Origin: Macrostomum hystrix
Taxonomy: Eukaryota > Animalia > Platyhelminthes
Reading direction: 5' to 3'
Length of the DNA: 64,000 bases
Assembly (NCBI GenBank): GCA_950097015.1
Contig: CATNEN010000033.1
Location: 744,001-808,000 of the forward strand
Below are positions 61,394 through 64,000 of the stretch, piece after piece; the first letter of the stretch is position 1; every line of letters starts with the position of its first letter. A program made the position numbers and the translations under genes. Under the pieces are notes generated by a model. The model made no database searches, had not been told where the DNA came from, and saw nothing but the letters and a program-made list of their open reading frames with translations.

Positions 61394-62126
61394 ACAGCAG
61401 AAAATCCATCTATTCTATTATCTAATTAGTTTGGCTGTAATCGATGTTGTTCTAACATTTTTGTTAACATTTTACCCCCGAATTCAACTTTGGGTTCCCA
61501 TTTTTTGGTTTTGACCCCTCAGACTAATTTGCCAAACTAGCTTTTCAATTTCACCCGATAAGATGTGCAACAATCAATTGAAGGCACAATCATTGTTATC
61601 AATAAACTGCATTATTGCTTTGTCTGTGATTTCTGTCTTTGGATCATTAAAACTAACTTTGTAGACTTTGTTGATAATTACTATAATAGCCCAAATTATT
61701 AACAATTCCTGAATCACACAGGTTATTTTAATATTTATTATAACCATCATTCCGTTATCAAGTTGTCTTATTTTAGTTAATATTTGCTGTCTCTATGTAT
61801 AACAACATATACTAAAACACTACTTATCCGGCCTCGTCAGTAGTCAGTAACGCACCACCGACTTCTGCGACGCGGCTAATTTTGTTCGTTTCATTTCGTT
61901 TCTGTTTATTCTGTTTATTTTCTAATTATATCGATTTCTTTTTTTGAGCTTGTGCAACTTATCACAGCTTTCTGTGTTGCATGTCCTTTTTTACTACTCA
62001 CTGTGGCAGTTAAAGTAGTAACACTAGTAAGTAGTAATATTAATACTGTTATTTTCTCAACAGTATATATTAGTTTCTTTTTGTCATCAAACTGCTGTCT
62101 CTATTGTTGTTTGTTTTTTCTCAACC

Positions 62127-62895
62127 CCATCTACTCTCACCTACCCTCCATCTCCTCTCACCTACCCTCCATCTACTCTCACCTACCCTCCATCTCCTCT
62201 CACCTACCCTCCATCTCCTCTCACCTACCCTCCATCTACTCTCACCTACCCTCCATCTCCTCTCACCTACCCTCCATCTACTCTCACCTACCCTCCATCT
62301 CCTCTCACCTACCCTCCATCTCCTCTCACCTACCCTCCATCTACTCTCACCTACCCTCCATCTCCTCTCACCTACCCTCCATCTACTCTCACCTACCCTC
62401 CATCTCCTCTCACCTACCCTCCATCTCCTCTCACCTACCCTCCATCTCCTCTCACCTACCCTCCATCTCCTCTCACCTACCCTCCATCTCCTCTCACCTA
62501 CCCTCCATCTCCTCTCACCTACCCTCCATCTCCTCTCACCTACCCTCCATCTCCTCTCACCTACACTCCATCTCCTCTCACCTACCCTCCATCTCCTCTC
62601 ACCTACCCTCCATCTCCTCTCACCTACCCTCCATCTCCTCTCACCTACCCTCCATCTCCTCTCACCTACCCTCCATCTCCTCTCACCTACCCTCCATCTC
62701 CTCTCACCTACCCTCCATCTCCTCTCACCTACCCTCCATCTCCTCTCACCTACACTCCATCTCCTCTCACCTACCCTCCATCTCCTCTCACCTACCCTCC
62801 ATCTCCTCTCACCTACCCTCCATCTCCTCTTATCTACCCTCCATCTCCTCTCACCTACACTCCATCTCCTCTCACCTACCCTCCATCTCCTCTCA
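62127..62895. repeat. Tandem array, 21-bp unit CCATCTCCTCTCACCTACCCT, ~36 copies
   Basis: Direct reading. Confidence 0.97.
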
Positions 62896-63296
62896 TATGA
62901 AATCTCCTCAATTCGTTTCTATTTTTCGCAATTTCGCACTATTCAGTTGGATGTATTGGAATAGAATTGTTTGGTGTTAGCTGTTGTCATGTTGTGACAA
63001 AATCGATCTTTCAACGGGTCCTTTGGTTGTTTTGTTTGTGCTTTTGTAAACAGTAAAAAATTGCTGATTTTGGCCATTTTGCTGAAGGCTTTCAGTGCAT
63101 TAGTAGCTGCATATCCATTTTATTGTGCTTTGTTGTCCGAATCCAAAAATAAAACAAAAAATTATCTTTATTTTTGTCTATTATATTATACTCGGCTGAT
63201 CTAAGCTTTCTGTGTGTAGGCAAAAATGATAACAATGAAATTGCGCTTTTAAGTTTTCAATTTATTGCGGCTGCGGTTTGAAAGTCTCACGACTCA

Positions 63297-64000
63297 CTGA
63301 CTGACACAATTGATTGTCTGACAATTCTCTGCCTGACACAATTGATTGTCTGACAATTCTCTGCCTGACGCAATTGATTGTCTGACAATTCTCTGCCTGA
63401 CACAATTGATTGTCTGACAATTCTCTGCCTGACACAATTGATTGTCTGACAATTCTCTGCCTGACACAATTGATTGTCTGACAATTCTCTGCCTGACACA
63501 ATTGATTGTCTGACAATTCTCTGCCTGACGCAATTGATTGTCTGACAATTCTCTGACTGACACAATTGATTGTCTGACAATTCTATGCCTGACACAATTG
63601 ATTGTCTGACAATTCTCTGCCTGACGCAATTGATTGTCTGACAATTCTCTGCCTGACACAATTGATTGTCTGACAATTCTCTGCCTGACACAATTGATTG
63701 TCTGACAATTCTCTGCCTGACACAATTGATTGTCTGACAATTCTCTGCCTGACACAATTGATTGTCTGACAATTCTCTGCCTGACGCAATTGATTGTCTG
63801 ACAATTCTCTGCCTGACGCAATTGATTGTCTGACAATTCTCTGCCTGACGCAATTGATTGTCTGACAATTCTCTGCCTGACACAATTGATTGTCTGACAA
63901 TTCTCTGCCTGACGCAATTGATTGTCTGACAATTCACTGACTGACACAATTGATTGTCTGACAATTCACTGACTGACACAATTGATTGTCTGACAATTCT
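63297..64000. repeat. Tandem array, 32-bp unit CTGACACAATTGATTGTCTGACAATTCTCTGC, >=22 copies (runs off the window)
   Basis: Direct reading. Confidence 0.97.

Noticed and set aside
1048-64000. Tandem arrays as CRISPR arrays
   Set aside because: Units are contiguous with no unique spacers, there are no cas genes, and the context is eukaryotic introns.
1048-64000. 6-8-bp palindromes inside many array units (CAGCTG, TAGCTA, TGAGCTCA, ACCGGT, CAATTG, CTATAG)
   Set aside because: A 6-bp palindrome is expected by chance in roughly a third of 25-bp units, so the observed share is not clearly above background.

Overview
Eukaryotic (animal) genomic DNA, not prokaryotic: GC-rich exons with polyQ/polyA tracts, GT-AG introns, and roughly a third of the window in short-unit (15-35 bp) tandem arrays. 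This style suggests a flatworm such as Macrostomum (inference only). Eight genes are reconstructed, plus the 3' end of an unidentified gene at 1-183: GDP-fucose transporter SLC35C1 (minus), an SLC17-type MFS transporter, an intronless C2H2 zinc-finger gene, two adjacent single-pass membrane proteins with PPxY tails (one with a TSP1-like ectodomain), alsin ALS2, RRP36 and TMCO4. Mobile DNA: a 5'-truncated RT+RNase H LINE with a 13-bp TSD, a mariner remnant, a 240-bp MITE (21-bp TIR, 9-bp TSD) carrying a nested 42-bp hairpin insertion with its own 8-bp TSD, two tRNA-derived SINE families (one CORE-like), and a two-copy dispersed repeat. Most long ORFs in the track are translations of tandem arrays. 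Best leads: (1) visible minisatellite origins, including a 15-bp motif that is near single-copy in one repeat copy and amplified ~22x in the other, an array starting inside a stop codon, and inverted seeds at array edges; (2) the nested MITE; (3) a CpG-poor domain with ten TAGGCCTA palindromes; (4) all 8-9 frameshifts are +1 insertions, probably consensus errors; (5) the PPxY gene pair and two candidate trans-spliced operons. No CRISPR, rRNA or intact tRNA seen. Counts were made by eye.
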